From the human T2T-CHM13v2.0 reference genome, Homo sapiens: a DNA stretch of 64,000 bases. The position numbers were made by a program, and so were the translations under genes. This document shows positions 44,740-59,571 of the stretch, piece after piece (position 1 is the first letter of the stretch; every line of letters begins with the position of its first letter). A model generated the notes under the pieces. The model was not told where the DNA came from and did not search any database. It saw only the letters and a program-made list of their open reading frames with translations. The stretch lies in NCBI RefSeq assembly GCF_009914755.1, contig NC_060945.1. One strand, written 5' to 3'.

Positions 44740-45859
44740 TACTATGCATGCCTTATACATATCCTGTCTCTGGGATTTTGTTCTTTTTTTCCTCCTATCA
44801 GGCATAGCTTCACCTTTTTCCTTGACATAATATTTTTACTGATCTATTAATATCCAGTTAAGTCTCTCCTTTTCCATGACACTTCCTCTAACGGTAGTCA
44901 CTTTAATTGGTCTGTTTTCCATCCAAACCCCTTTATTGTTTATATCATGAACCACAAAACCTAGCCCTTCATAGTATGTTTCCCATTAATTCGTTTTAAA
45001 TGATTGATCCAATCTCTCGTTATTTCATTACGTTTCTTATAGTGAGTGACATGCCCAGTGCTGGTTGCAGTTCTGGCCCAAACCATTTATTACTATTTCA
45101 CATATTTGGGGGGTTTCTGCAAATACACTTATAAACCATGGGAAGCCACCAATCACTGTACTTCAACATCGCTTTTGGGCCCTAGCACAATGCTGAGCCA
45201 CTAACAGGAGATGAGCATATATTTGTAAATCGACATGAAGCTCCGTAAATACCAGGTGCTTAAGGAACAGTGATGGTGACTATGGCTGAATTTCAGAAAG
45301 AATGCATTCATTCAAGTTGCTCAAATATTTTGTCTCAAGTGCTCAAGTTTCAACCCCAAACCTAGCACAGGGGGAGGAGGAGAGACTTAGGGAATTCTTG
45401 GGAGAGTTGAGTTCAATGCCCTGTGGTCAGGTCACACTAGTCCTCAGCTCCATTCTTCAGTCTTTGTATCCAGGTGGTGCTATTTGTCCTGCTTACTGAC
45501 TTGGTTGACAGAAAAGTATGTAAAAGTGCTTGTAAAGTGCTCTTCTAATATACAGACCAAGGACCCGAATAGCCGCATCCTTCACCATATTTATGCTATG
45601 TTCTTCCTCCAGTCATCTGTAAGCAAGGATAAAAGGACTAGTTTGTATCGATTACACACGTTTTTCCTCTTTCTTTCTTGAGTTAAGGAAGCAGAAAGCC
45701 AGGATTGATATATAAAATGGTGACTAGAAAAGACAGAAGCCTGGGCCTGTTGTAGTTATCAGTATTAAGTAGTCATAGACCCACCTCTGAAGGTTGATTG
45801 TGTCCAAAAATTCCTCCATAAATACAGCACCCACAGCTGCTTAATTTTGATGCATTTGG

Positions 45860-46000
45860 CCATCCTGTGTGGAGAGTAGGGCAGATATTATTTTTATTCC
45901 TATTTTTTGGTCAAGGAAACTAAGGCTGAAGAGGTTCAATGACTTTCTGAAACTTGCATGGCCATCGAGTGGCCGAAGCAGGATGAGAACCTAGGTCCAG
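45860..46000 (-). mobile_element. MIR fragment
   Basis: aggaaactaaggctgaagaggttcaatgacttt. Confidence 0.6.
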
Positions 46001-46477
46001 CACAAATATACAGATACCTGTTGTCTCACTCTAAACCATTCAGCAATATCACTCAACTTTCCATCTTTCTATGAAGATTTAGGTCCAATTGCCTCTTTGC
46101 GACACAGTGTAAAGAACTCTCTTTGGGAGTCACCTGGGTTTCTTTGGAGCATCTCACACTACCTTGGTGTGCCCTAGAGGCTGACACATCTGTCAAAGGA
46201 GATGACTGCACTTGTTGTACCCACCTCATGGGGCTTTGAGAGGATAAAAGGAGCTAGTAGGTGTGATAGTCCTTTGAAAACTAAGTTGCCGCAGGCATAC
46301 AGGACAACATAAGAAATAACAATAGTTCTGTCTCTTTGAAGTGGCTCCTAGAGAAGTTGGTGAATGAAAAAGTTCCAAGTGCATTGTACTTGTGCTCTGT
46401 TCTCTTTGGTTTTCCCTGAATTTTCGTGACTGCATCGTCCATACAAAGGGCATTGAGAAATCCACACAGTTGTGTTC

Positions 46478-46809
<332 letters not shown>

Positions 46810-47828
46810 TAAGACAGTTGTGGCAGTTTGTCTGAACACCTTTTCATCATGTGGCAAAAGAGATCAGCCATAAATTGGTAACTTTGTACAACTGTTAAGT
46901 CAAGCCCCATTTGTCATTTCTGACATTGAAAAGACATCATATTGTCCCTCAAGTTCCTGTCATAGTCATAAGTACCCGATTCTCGTTGTGGTGGGGTCAT
47001 ATGACTGTTGTAGGTTCTGACTAGACAGTTTGAGAAGTAGGAGAGGCAGAGATGAGTAATCATTCCATGGAGACACCAGATGGGGCAGGCTTTGGGCCTC
47101 TGGTGAACCCATTCTCATCCACCAAAGTGTTCATGTAGTTCTGAGAACAGGAGCAAATAAGGGTGAGGACAGGCATTTGACTGAGTCTCAGTAATAGGTA
47201 TATGAAACGGGGATAGGATTTTTTGTTTTTTTGGTTGTTTGCTTTTTGTTTTTGCAAACTACTCATGTGCTTTTCCCTTTGGCATTTTTGTGGGCAGAAC
47301 TTCCCCCCAGTTCTCCTTATGCAGTTTGAGCCATCTGTTGCCCCTCAGGGAGGTTGGGAAATAATCGGAATTGTTATGTCAGGATGCACAGAGAAAGGAA
47401 GTTTATGACATCGAAAATAGAATTTTGCAGGAAGACAATAGTCTTGAAATCCAGATTTTTTAGAGAGGAAGAGGATTTTCAAAATGTATTAACATTTTAA
47501 AACCCAGAACTGGAAGACTCATATTCTAAAATTTTTCCATAATTATGGAAGAGACAGACTTCAGCCTGTGGCAAGTAGGCTTTGAGGCTTGTTGCTCCTG
47601 GGCAGGGGAAAGCTGTGATCTATGAGAAGAGCTTGAAGGCCACCCTATGTGGACCTGGAATTGTGAGTGCAAAGAAGAAACAAAAAGGAAGACAATTGGG
47701 TCAGGATCAGGGATCTTGATCACAAACTTGTAACCCATGGGGCCACCAGAAACATCCAGATAGCCATGAGAAGGCCAAAAAATCAAGACTAGTGACGTGC
47801 CTTCACAGGTATATAAAAATGGGCTTCA

Positions 47829-48382
<554 letters not shown>

Positions 48383-51300
48383 TCAATTCAATGGGTCAGG
48401 CAGAGGGAAAACCAGAGATTAGCCTCTTTAGATGCCTTCAATGCCAGTATGGAATGGACCAACAGAAGTGCCTGGGTGCCCTCAAAGTGTCAGGCAGAAG
48501 TTGATAAGGAAATCTGGCTAGGGAAGTTTTCCAGTAGCGGGGTTCAGAGATGACTCCCTCCCTCCTCAAAATCATGAAAATTCCATCTTTCCTCCAACAC
48601 TGGCTGCCATATTGGAAAGGAACAAAGCAACCACAGGAGGAAATCTGAGCTGTCCTATACAGGCTATTAAAATACGAGCTACCCTAAAGGGAATTGAACT
48701 TTGAATAAATAGACTCAATGTTTAAATTGAAAGGAGGCAGTTTAAATTGGAAAAACCCTGAACTATTGTCAATTGGCCAATCTTAGTAGCTCCTACTGCC
48801 CAGCAGGCTAGCGTCTCATGAGAAATATCAGATGAAGCTATAGAGACAATAAAGAATAGTTTCTTTGAATCTCTGAGTTGTAATGTGAATAAATTCACGG
48901 TCTCCATATATTTGCATTCTGTGTCTCCTCTCCCCCAGCAAACATTTTGGATCGGATTCCACCCTCCTGCAAGCTTCTCTGAAAAGTGGCAACTGCCTAA
49001 CCTGTGTTGCTGTTCATACTTAGTGTTGTCCTAGGCTAAGGTGAAAAAATTGGCTGGTTATGGGGCTCTATTGGAGGTTTCTATTTTCCCTTCGCTGACA
49101 AAGGTTAGACAGGATAACTGAAAGCCTCACTATTAGAGTCACATATTCCTTCAAGGATGGAAGAGAGGGGAAACTTTCAACACTCCCTAGTCCACAGAGG
49201 AGGACACCCCCTGGGCATGACACATACTCACACACAAATGCATATAAAGTAAACATGTCCAACTACATAATAGTTTGCATTCACCTGTCAAGAGCATGGG
49301 CTAAGGGCATTCATCCCCTCAGGGGATGACTTTGCAATCTTACATGGTCTTTCCTACTGCACCAGAAGTAGGGAACAGAGTAGACTTTCTGAAAAGCATC
49401 CCGACATCATTTAGGTCTTGTGGCAGCTATTTTGCCCTCTAAACTCCTACAGTGTTTTCTTACTAGATTACTTTTCTATTTCTCCCAAAGCTGCATGCTT
49501 GCTGCTGGGGAGGTTATGACCCTAGCCCTGGCTAAACTAGAGTGGAGACAAAGTGACCTGTCCGCCCTCTCTCTCTCCTGGGCCCTGGCTAGGTCACCAG
49601 AAAGGTCTGGGGTAATTTCTTGGCATGGCTGCTCAGCAAGGGCTCAAACAGCAGCTGGGAATTCTCTACACGATATAGACTAAATCCCGAATTCGCTTTT
49701 AGCTTTCACAGGGCTCCCAGGAACGCTGAGATAGAACAATCTGGGTTTAGTCCTTAGGCCTAAAGTCTTAAGGTATTAAAGGTACAGTTTGTTATCAGTA
49801 TTCATGGTGGAGCGACACTACCATGAGGTACTACCCAGGATGCTGACATAAAGAGTCCCAGGTGTGTGGTTTTGAATTTTAAAATATTCTTAAAATGTAT
49901 TACATTTTTAATGCAGGATTTTGATGTTTTTGTGGTAAAATAGAAATCTCTTTCAGGTTATGTACATTAGTACATGTACAATTTTTAGAACAATGCGTGT
50001 CCCATAGCTTGATTGATATTAATAACATCTCATCCAGCCTTAAGATGTTTCTGCCTGGATTGATGCATGGTAGTGGCTTGGTGAAATTTATTGTTTCCTT
50101 GCAAGGCTGGGATAAATGACTTCTGGGTACAGGTATCAACATGCATGAAGCACTTCCTCTGTGGTCAACCTACTTTCCCTTTGGCCTCATAAATGGGAAT
50201 TTGAATAAATATTTACCGTATTGATTAGTTTATGTGGGGCAGGAGTCACTGAGCAGTGCAATGAGTTTAAAATATGGCCCTCTAGCAAATATTTCAGAAA
50301 GGGCCCCTTGCCCTTGATTCATATCAAAATATACTCAGAAAGGATCCGACTCTGTCTCTTGCCAAATGCAGGGTCTGTCTTGGAGACTTTTAGGCCCCTT
50401 AGGAGTGTCTGCCAACAGGCAGTTGTCTTCACCAGGCTGTGAGGATACCACAGCCCCTCCATGTCACCAGTTCTGGTTAAGACAGACGGGCTTGTCTTCT
50501 GCCTCCGAGACTCCTGGATCTTAGCCAGATTCTGGAGTGAGTTGGGGAGTAAGGCTGGGGTGGGGTAAGGCTGCCTGGGGCTGGAAGATGAATGGTTTCA
50601 TCAGTTTCACAGAGGAGGAGGGAGATGGGCTGCAGGGCTTGCAAAACATCACATCTTGGCAAAAATACTTTACAAAACAGGAGATTCCTGGAAAGCAATA
50701 ATGCTGACAGTGGAGAGCCAGTTTTTGGTTCTGATACAGAAGGGGTGCTGAGTCTGAGAACAGGCTGGCCTCTCCCGCTGTCTGCAGGCGCTATTTTGGC
50801 CACAGGCACTGCCTTCAGCTCCTGCTCTTTCTGGGGCGTGTAGCTCTGGGGATACAACTGGAAAACTCGCCTTTGCTTGGGTCAGAACAGGCCTGGAATC
50901 TGGTCATTGTACAGGCTATGCCCCCCACTTCTGGGATCCCCTCCCACTTGCCCGCAGCCTTCCAGACTGAGCTCAACGGCCACCTTCCCCCAAGCGTTTC
51001 TCACCCGGGCCTCGGGTCTGACCCTCCTCTAAATGGCACCACACCTTGTTCCATCTTGCAGTGCTTTCTCACAAATAGCAGTGCTTCTCTTCAACACAGA
51101 TGTAGGTATCTTTGCCCTTTTAGAGTAGATTTCGTGAACTCTTTTGGCTCTTCCGTTGTGAGGATCAAACCAATTCTCTTCAAACAGCTGCATGCAGCCT
51201 CCAGCAGTCTCTGGTCGGTGCCTTGGCCCGTCTCCACATGGGGCCTTCCACGCAGCCTCCTCTGTCCGATGAGATCACACGTGCTCCAAGCAGGCCTGGA

Positions 51301-51698
51301 CTGAGCGCTTGGGTCCCGCACATAGCTAGAGCACTGCAGGCACAGCAATTTCTGTCACCTGGGGTGTGTGTGAATCCTTTGTGAGATTCTTCTCTGAAGG
51401 CTGGGGGGTCATGGCTTTGAGCCAGGGTAGCTGATCAGTAAAAGGCGCTAGGTGATGCCCATCGACAAGGGAGATGGGGGTCTAAACAGGTGAGGACCGG
51501 AGCCTGCCAGCTATTAATTTCCAACACTTCCTCCCAGTGAATTTTCTACCAGAGCTGTGAACCAGAAGCAACTGACTTAACTGAACTTTCTGTCTTCCCT
51601 AACTCACTCCAACTCATGAGGAATACGGCGGTGGGTAGTCTGGCTCTGAGGCGAGGCGCAGAAGGGCTTGGATTTCCACTGGGTGCATGTTATGTGGC

Positions 51699-52429
<731 letters not shown>

Positions 52430-54142
52430 GTGACATAGGCATGTGTCACCATGCATAGTCCTGAATCATCTTACATATTCACATCTTGAAAAGTCTGTAA
52501 GCAATACAAGTGTCACTCATCCAAACTCCGGACACTTCCTCTCTTGGGGCTGTAGAGCTAGCAGGGGAATTCCAGAAAGGAAAAACACAACACGTGAGTT
52601 TATGATCTAGAGTGGGAAGCAACATAAATATGTGTTGCTTGTTCTGTGTGCCCAGGAGAGTCTGATGGCAATAAAGATCAGAGGCCAGGGAGGGTTTGGA
52701 CCTGGGAGGTACTTGAGGGTTGCTTACTGTCCTTGAGATGAGTTAGGCTTGCTGGATTGGAAAAAGGATGTGTGAGGCCACTGATCCCTAAGCTGGCCTT
52801 AGGAGTCCTCTGAGACAGACAGGAAGACCTTGGGCAACCGGAGACTAAAGCAGGCCTGAGGACTGATCACCTGGGTGGATTTTCCACAGCTTCTGCTGAT
52901 GGCTTCCTGGGGCTTATGAAGACCAGGCACTGTGACTCCATTCAGAAGGTCACAGAGGGCAGGTTATGAGCATCGAAGGGATTTCATTCCCCATCTGTGG
53001 TTTCTGAAATTTGTCTCCCTGGAGCTCGCCTGAGAGTGAGTTTGTGGCCTTGGTATGACACTGACGGTTCTTGTATAATTTGCAAAGATTGAGGCAATTT
53101 ATTTTAATTGAAAACCTCTAGGTGTATTTCTGGCAGTGATATTCCCCAGGTGACCCCCTTGGTGGATGGGAAGCTAAACAAGAAAATGTGTGTGTTTCAG
53201 GAAACCTGATGATTCCAGTTTCAGATAAGTCCTTCCAGTCCATCCCCCTAGTCCTGCATCTGCTAATGTGCAGATGAAAGGCTCTGTGTAACTTGGATCT
53301 ACAGAAACTGTCAATTCTGAAAGGCTGCCTTTTGGTCTTAAAAGGTGTCCTTGAAATTACTCCCAGGTTTTGGCCCTGACTGACTTTCCAGTGAAATCTA
53401 ATTGGCCGGGTTTAAAACACAGCTGTGAGGATTTTGAAGCCGCCTTTGAAAGTGAACTGCTGGTGCACTATTGCAATGAGGACATGCACAGAGATCCCAA
53501 CCAGAGCTCAAGAGTAATAATGCTGTGGTACCTTTTGGAAAATGCTGTTGTCAGGCAGCCCCGGTGCGGTGGGAACCATGAGTTGGTTTTCAGGTAGTTT
53601 ATCTTCCTCTCCCCAGTTCTCATCACTTTTGTGTGACTAATGGACTAATCTGCAGATCGCTGTCGGGCAATGGGTATCATCTCTGGACACAAGCAGAGAA
53701 AGCTAATAGACTCCCAGAAGACCGGCCCCATGGCCCGAGCCTCATTATGTCTCTCGGTTTCTAGGCGTACAAGTCGACCATAGATGTACGATGCCACACA
53801 GATATCTGCTAATGACAGAGCATCCCACGTGCCTGCTAGTACGTCCTGCCAGCACCTCACTTTTATAGTGGCCAAACCCAAACGTATATATTACCTTCGA
53901 CCAAATTCATATGTTTCTCCTACCCTCCTAGCATGTTCTCCTATCCTCCTTGTTTCTGCTAAAGGCCCCACCATCCTTCAGTCAACCTGATCAGAAGCCC
54001 TTGGCTGCTTGTCCATTGCTGGCTTTTCCTTCACGTGTCATTACTTGTTTCATTCTAGATCAAATCCCTGTAGTTTATTCTCTCATCACCTCTCTTTAGC
54101 AGAATCTCTGCAGCCACCGAACTGGTTTTCCCATCTCCAACC

Positions 54143-54317
54143 TGCTGATTCGTAAATTTCAATGTACGTGAAAATCTGGGAGACTGTTAAAATGTAGATT
54201 CCTGGGTCCCGCTCCCAGAAATTCTGACTGGAGGTCTTGGGTGTTCACTCTGTACTTTAAAATGTTCCTGGGGGGTATTGATCCAGTTGATAGAGGACCA
54301 CATTTTGAGAAGTTCTG
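54143..54317. mobile_element. MER5A/MER5B hAT MITE
   Basis: gttaaaatgtagattcctgggtcccgctcccagaaattctgac...ggaccacattttgagaa. Confidence 0.7.
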
Positions 54318-54826
54318 CTGTTATCTTTCCTGGGCCCTGTGGTCAAAGAAGTCTCCCTATGGCACAGCTATAATTGGGCTTCTCAGATCAAAAGCCACCC
54401 AAGTCTCCCCAGTGCTTAGCACACCACTACTGTACTGAGCCAGGCTTTCAGGACCTTGTGTATGTCAATAGTCAACAGCCTAATTTCCCACTTTTCCCAC
54501 TAACCATGTGGTCTTTTCAGTAAATTTCAAACTTATTTAGGAGACAGTCAATTAAAATAACTATATCAATAGTGCAGAGTCAGTGTCCTATACTAAATTC
54601 TAGTTTAGACAAGTGGTCACAGGGACCAAAGACATTTTAAAAATTATAAAGGGCACATATGTGAAATTTTTTAAAACTTGGTTATTTACTGTGATTTGGG
54701 AAAAAAGCAGTATTAGCACTTGTTGATATTGTTTGAGCAATACTTTGGCTCAACGCTTGAAATATTAGGATGCAGAGGGGGTGCATAGTTTGGAAAACAT
54801 GGCCTAACTAAACATGGCTACTTGGC

Positions 54827-55338
54827 TGTGATGGTTAATTATGTGTCAACTTGACTGGCCACAGGGTGCCCTGATTAAACATTGTTCCTGGCAGAGTCCG
54901 GAGGATGTTTCTGGATGAAATTACCACTGGAATCAGTGCACTCAATAAAGAGGACTGCCCTCCCGATGTGGATGGGCATCATCCAATCCCCTGAGGGCCT
55001 GAAGAAAACAAAACGGAGGGGAGGAATTTGCTTCTTTTGGCTTCCTGCCTGCCTACTTGACGTGGGACAGCTTCTCTCATCTTCTCTGGACCTCTGACTG
55101 GGATTTACACCTTCAGCTCCCCTTGTTCTCTGGCCTTTGGAGTCAAATGGAATCACACTAGAGGCTTTCCTGGGTCTTCAGCTTGCAGACAGCAAATCCT
55201 GGGGCTTCTCAATGTCCACAATCATGTGAGCTAACTCCTCGTGATAAGTGTATTTATGTACGTCAGTATCAAAATCCATACTGGAGTTTTCCAGAGGACC
55301 TTCATGAGAGTTCTGTTTCTCTGGAGAACCCTAATCCA
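54827..55338 (+). mobile_element. MLT2 (B/D-type) 5' LTR of an ERV-L provirus
   Basis: tgtgatggttaattatgtgtcaacttgactgg...gttctgtttctctggagaaccctaatcca, followed by PBS-like gattttgatactgagagt. Confidence 0.92.
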
Positions 55339-57313
55339 GATTTTGATACTGAGAGTAGTTCTAGAGGGCCAGAATTTTAAATATGAATTTTCTAAAATAA
55401 GTTCTGGAGTTTCTGAAATTGAATCTCTAATCTGATTAAAGACACTAATGATGCTATTTCCAGTAGTAAAGAGGGCAATGACAGTCCATGGTGTAAACTG
55501 TTTATAGAAATGCACAAAATAGCTGCATAGAATACGCTTAACTAACTATGAGAAGCAAGGATCTAGGTGAATCTGTATATAATACTTACAAATATTTCTG
55601 AAAAATGAACAAATATAATGAATTGGTTGGTTGTTCCTAATGAGCTGAGCTCAGGGACTTGACGTGCTGAACAGGGACTCCCAGTTCAAGTGCTACGTAA
55701 ATGACTCAAGAGCTTCTTGGTGTGCCCTAAAAAAGACCCTGATCATGTGTAGCCACAGAGCTGAAATTGCTGAAAATCAAACACAGAACCTTATCTTTCA
55801 GCTGACTGAATTACAACGCAAATTGAGCTCCCAGCCTCACAGGGTAAAAGTGAGGGCATTGATTAAGAAAGAATGGGATCCTGTAAATTGGGATAGGAAG
55901 GTGCGGGAAGACCTTGATGAAGCTGGGGACACTGAGCCCCTAAATTCTGATTATTTTGCTTCGCAAGTGGCAGATGTCTCCCCATCTCCAGTGGAATTGA
56001 CCTCCTTACCCCCAGCAGAAATGGCCTCCTCAAACCCAGTGGCCATGGCCTTCCCACTCTCAGGTAATGGCATCATCATCCCAGTGGTATCAGCCTGTCC
56101 ACTTGGGTCTCAGGAGGATTAACCCTGCATTGCCTGAGGAAATTGTAATGACTTCACTTGAGGCAGCTGCCTTGGAAGACAATGCTGATTCTCTTCAGGA
56201 CCCACTCCCACCATCCCTCTTTGCTTCCAGACCTATAACTTGACTTAAGTTCTAACAGGCCCCTAAAGGTGAGCCATGTGTGACCCAAGAGAGTACTTAT
56301 AGTCAGAAGAACTGCTTGAGTTTTTAAATTAATGTAGGCAGAAGTCCATGGAACATGTGTAGGGCTGTATACTAAAAGTGTGGGATAATTGTGGAAGGAA
56401 CATAAAATTGGGTCAGGCTGAATTTATTGACATGGGCTCACTAAGCAGAGATTTTGCATCTAATATTGCAGTTCATGGAGTTAGAAAGGGCTCTAACAGT
56501 TTGTTTGGTTGGTTGATTGGCTGAAACATAGATCCAAAGGTGTACCACTGTGAGCAAATTGGAAATGACCTACCTACCTTAGTTTAATGTAGAGGGAGGG
56601 AATCAAAGGCTTAGGGAGATTGGAGTGTTAGAGCGGTTTTGTCATTTAGGATCTACTCACCCACACTGGGAGGCTGTAGAAGACATATATTTCACCAATA
56701 CTGTGAGGAGTAAATTTGCGAGAGGAGCCACAGCATTCTTGAAGACCTCTGTGATTGCTCTTTTCTGTAGACCAGACCTCACAATAAGAACCACAGTTAC
56801 TGAATTGGGGAACCTAAACACAATGGGAATAAATGGATTATTGGGTGGCAGGGACCAGGTAGTGGCACTAAACAGCCAAAGGTAAGGTGGGCAGTGTTAC
56901 CGTAATGGACAGCAGAGTCAAAGCAGCAGTCAGAACAGTCTACTCCTGCAGACTCTGGCATTAGCTAATTGATCATGGTGCTCATATGAGTGAAATAGAT
57001 AGGAAGCCTACTAAATTCTTACTTGATCTGTATAAGCAGAAAAGTTATAGGTCAAGTGAACAAAAGTCTAATTTGAATCATAAAAACAGACTCATGACCC
57101 CTCAATCAATTCCCATACTTGAGCTTTTTACAGACTCAGAACCCCTTGAGTGAGACTGGGCCCACTCAAGGAAGAGCCCTCATTATACTATAGAAAATTT
57201 ATACTGTTTAATCTTTTTTCCAGCTTTCCCCAGAGGAACATATAGCCTTAAAAAGGTAATTATTTTAGGGAAAAGGAAATAATCAGAACTTTTGGGGACT
57301 GCTGGACACTGGC

Positions 57314-59571
57314 TGTATTAATCTGTTCTTATGCTGCTAATAAAGACATACCAGAGGCTAGGTAATTTATAAAGGAAATAAGTTTAATTGACTCACACTT
57401 ACACATGCTGAGGAGGCCTCACAATCATGGCAGAAAGGGAAGGAGGAGAAAAGTCATGTTTTACATGGCAGCAGGCAAGACAGCATGTGCCAGGGAGCTC
57501 CCTTTTATAAAACCATCAGGTCTTATGAGACTTATTCACTATCATGAGAACAACATGGGAAAGGCCCACCCCCATGATTCAATTACCTCCCACCAGGTCC
57601 CTCCCATGACACATGGGTTTATGGGAGCTACAATTCAAGAGGAGATTTGAGTGGGGACACGGCCAAATTATATGATTGTGCCCCTGGCCCCTTCTGGATC
57701 TCACATCTTCGCATTTCAAAACCAATCATGCCTTCCCAACAGTCCCCAGAGTCTTAACTCATTTCAGCATTAACCCAAAAGTTCACAGTCCAATGTCTCA
57801 TCTGAGACAAAGCAAGTCCTTTCTACCTACGAGCCTGTAAAATAAAAAGCAAGTTAGGTAATTCCCAGATACAATGGGGGTACAGGCATTGGGTAAATAT
57901 ACCTGTTTCAAACGGGAGAAATTGGCCAAAATGAAAAGGCTACAGGCACCATGCAAGTCTGAAATCCAATAGGGCAGTCATTAAACATTGAAGTTCCAAA
58001 ATGATCTCCTTTGACTTCTTGTCTCATATCCAGGTCATGCTGATGCAAAAGGTGGGCTCCCGAGGCCTTGGGCAACTCCACCCCTGTGGCTTTGCAGGGT
58101 ACAGCTCCCCTCCTGGCTGCTTTCATGGACTGGTGTTGACTGTCTGTGGCTTTTCCAGGGGGACAATGCAAGCTGTCAGTGGATCTACCATTCTGAGGTC
58201 TGTAGGACAGTGGCCCTCTTCTCACAGCTTCACTAGCTACTGCCCCAGTGGGGACTCTGTGTGGGGGCTCTGACCCCACATTTCCCTTCTGCACTGCCCT
58301 AGCAGAGGTTGTCCATGAGGGCCCCACCCCTGCAGCAAACTTCTGCCTGGACATCTAGGCACTTCCATCCATCCTCTGAAATCTAAGCAAAGGTTCCCAG
58401 ACCTCAGTTCTTGACTTCTGTGCACCCACAGGCTCAATACCATTTGGAAGCTACCAAGGCTTGGGGCTTGCACCCTCTGAAGCCATGGCCTGAGCTGTAC
58501 CTTGGCCCCTTTTAGAAATGGCTGGAGCAGCTGGGATGCAGGGCACCAAGTCCATAGGCTGCACACAGCAGGGGGGACCTGGACAGGGCCCAGGAAATCA
58601 TTTTTTCCTCCTAGGCTTTAGGTCTATAATGGGAGGGGCTGCCATGAAGGTCTTTGACATGCCCTGGGGATATTTTCCCTATTGTCTTGGTGATTAACAT
58701 TTGGCTCCTTGTTACTTATGCAAATTTCTGCAGCAGGCTTGAATTTCTCCCCAGAAAATGATTTTTTCTTTTCTATTGCACTGTCAGGCTGCAAATTTTT
58801 CCACACTCTTATGCTCTGCTTCCTCTGGAATGCTTTGCCGCTTAGAAATTTCTTCTGTCAGATACCCTAAATCATCTCTCTCCAATTCAAAGTTCCACAG
58901 ATCTCTGGGGCAGGGACAAAATGCTGCCAGTCTCTGCACAGCAAGAGTGATCTTTACTCCAGTTTCCAACAAGTTCTTCATCTTCATCTGAGACCACCTC
59001 AGCCTGGACTTTATTGTCCATATCACTATCAGCATTTTGGTCAAAGCCATTCAACAAGTCTCTAGGAAGTTCCAGACTTTCTGACATTTTCCTATCTTCT
59101 TCTGAGCCCTCCAAACTGTTCCAACCTCTGCCTGTTAGCAGTTTCAAAGTTGCTTCCACATGTTCGGGTATCTTTATAGCAGCACCCCACTCTACTGGTA
59201 ACAATTTACTGCATTAGTCTGTTCTCTAGCTGCTAATAAAGACATGCCCAAGGCTAGGTAATTTATAAAGGAAAGAGGTTTAACTGACTCACAGTTCCAC
59301 ATGCTGAGGAGGCCTCACAGTCTTGGCAGAAAGGGAAGGAGGAACAAAGTCACATCTTACATGGTGGCAGGCAAGAGAGCATGTGCAGGGGAACTCCCCT
59401 TAATAAAACCATCAGATCTCCTAAGACTTATTCACTATCACAAGAACAACATGGGAAAGACCTGCCCCATGATTCAACTACCTCCCACCAGATCCCTCCC
59501 ACAACACGTGGGAATTATGGGAGCTACAATTCACGATGAGATTTGGATGAGGACACAGCTAAACCATATCA
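57314..59571 (-). mobile_element. Full-length THE1 (THE1B/C) MaLR provirus: LTRs 57314-57675 and 59210-59571, internal 57676-59209
   Basis: Two homologous THE1 LTRs; THE1-int ORF remnants (57908: SRQKFAAGVGPSWTTSARAVQKGNVG; 58887); TSD ctggc/ttggc. Confidence 0.95.

Noticed and set aside
50477-51348. Overlapping 126-143 aa ORFs in a moderately GC-rich stretch
   Set aside because: Expected from GC content; no homology recognised, no clear exon structure, and not a CpG island
51445-51460. CTCF-like motif gcgctaggtgatgc
   Set aside because: Only a partial match to the CTCF core; cannot be supported without a PWM scan or ChIP data
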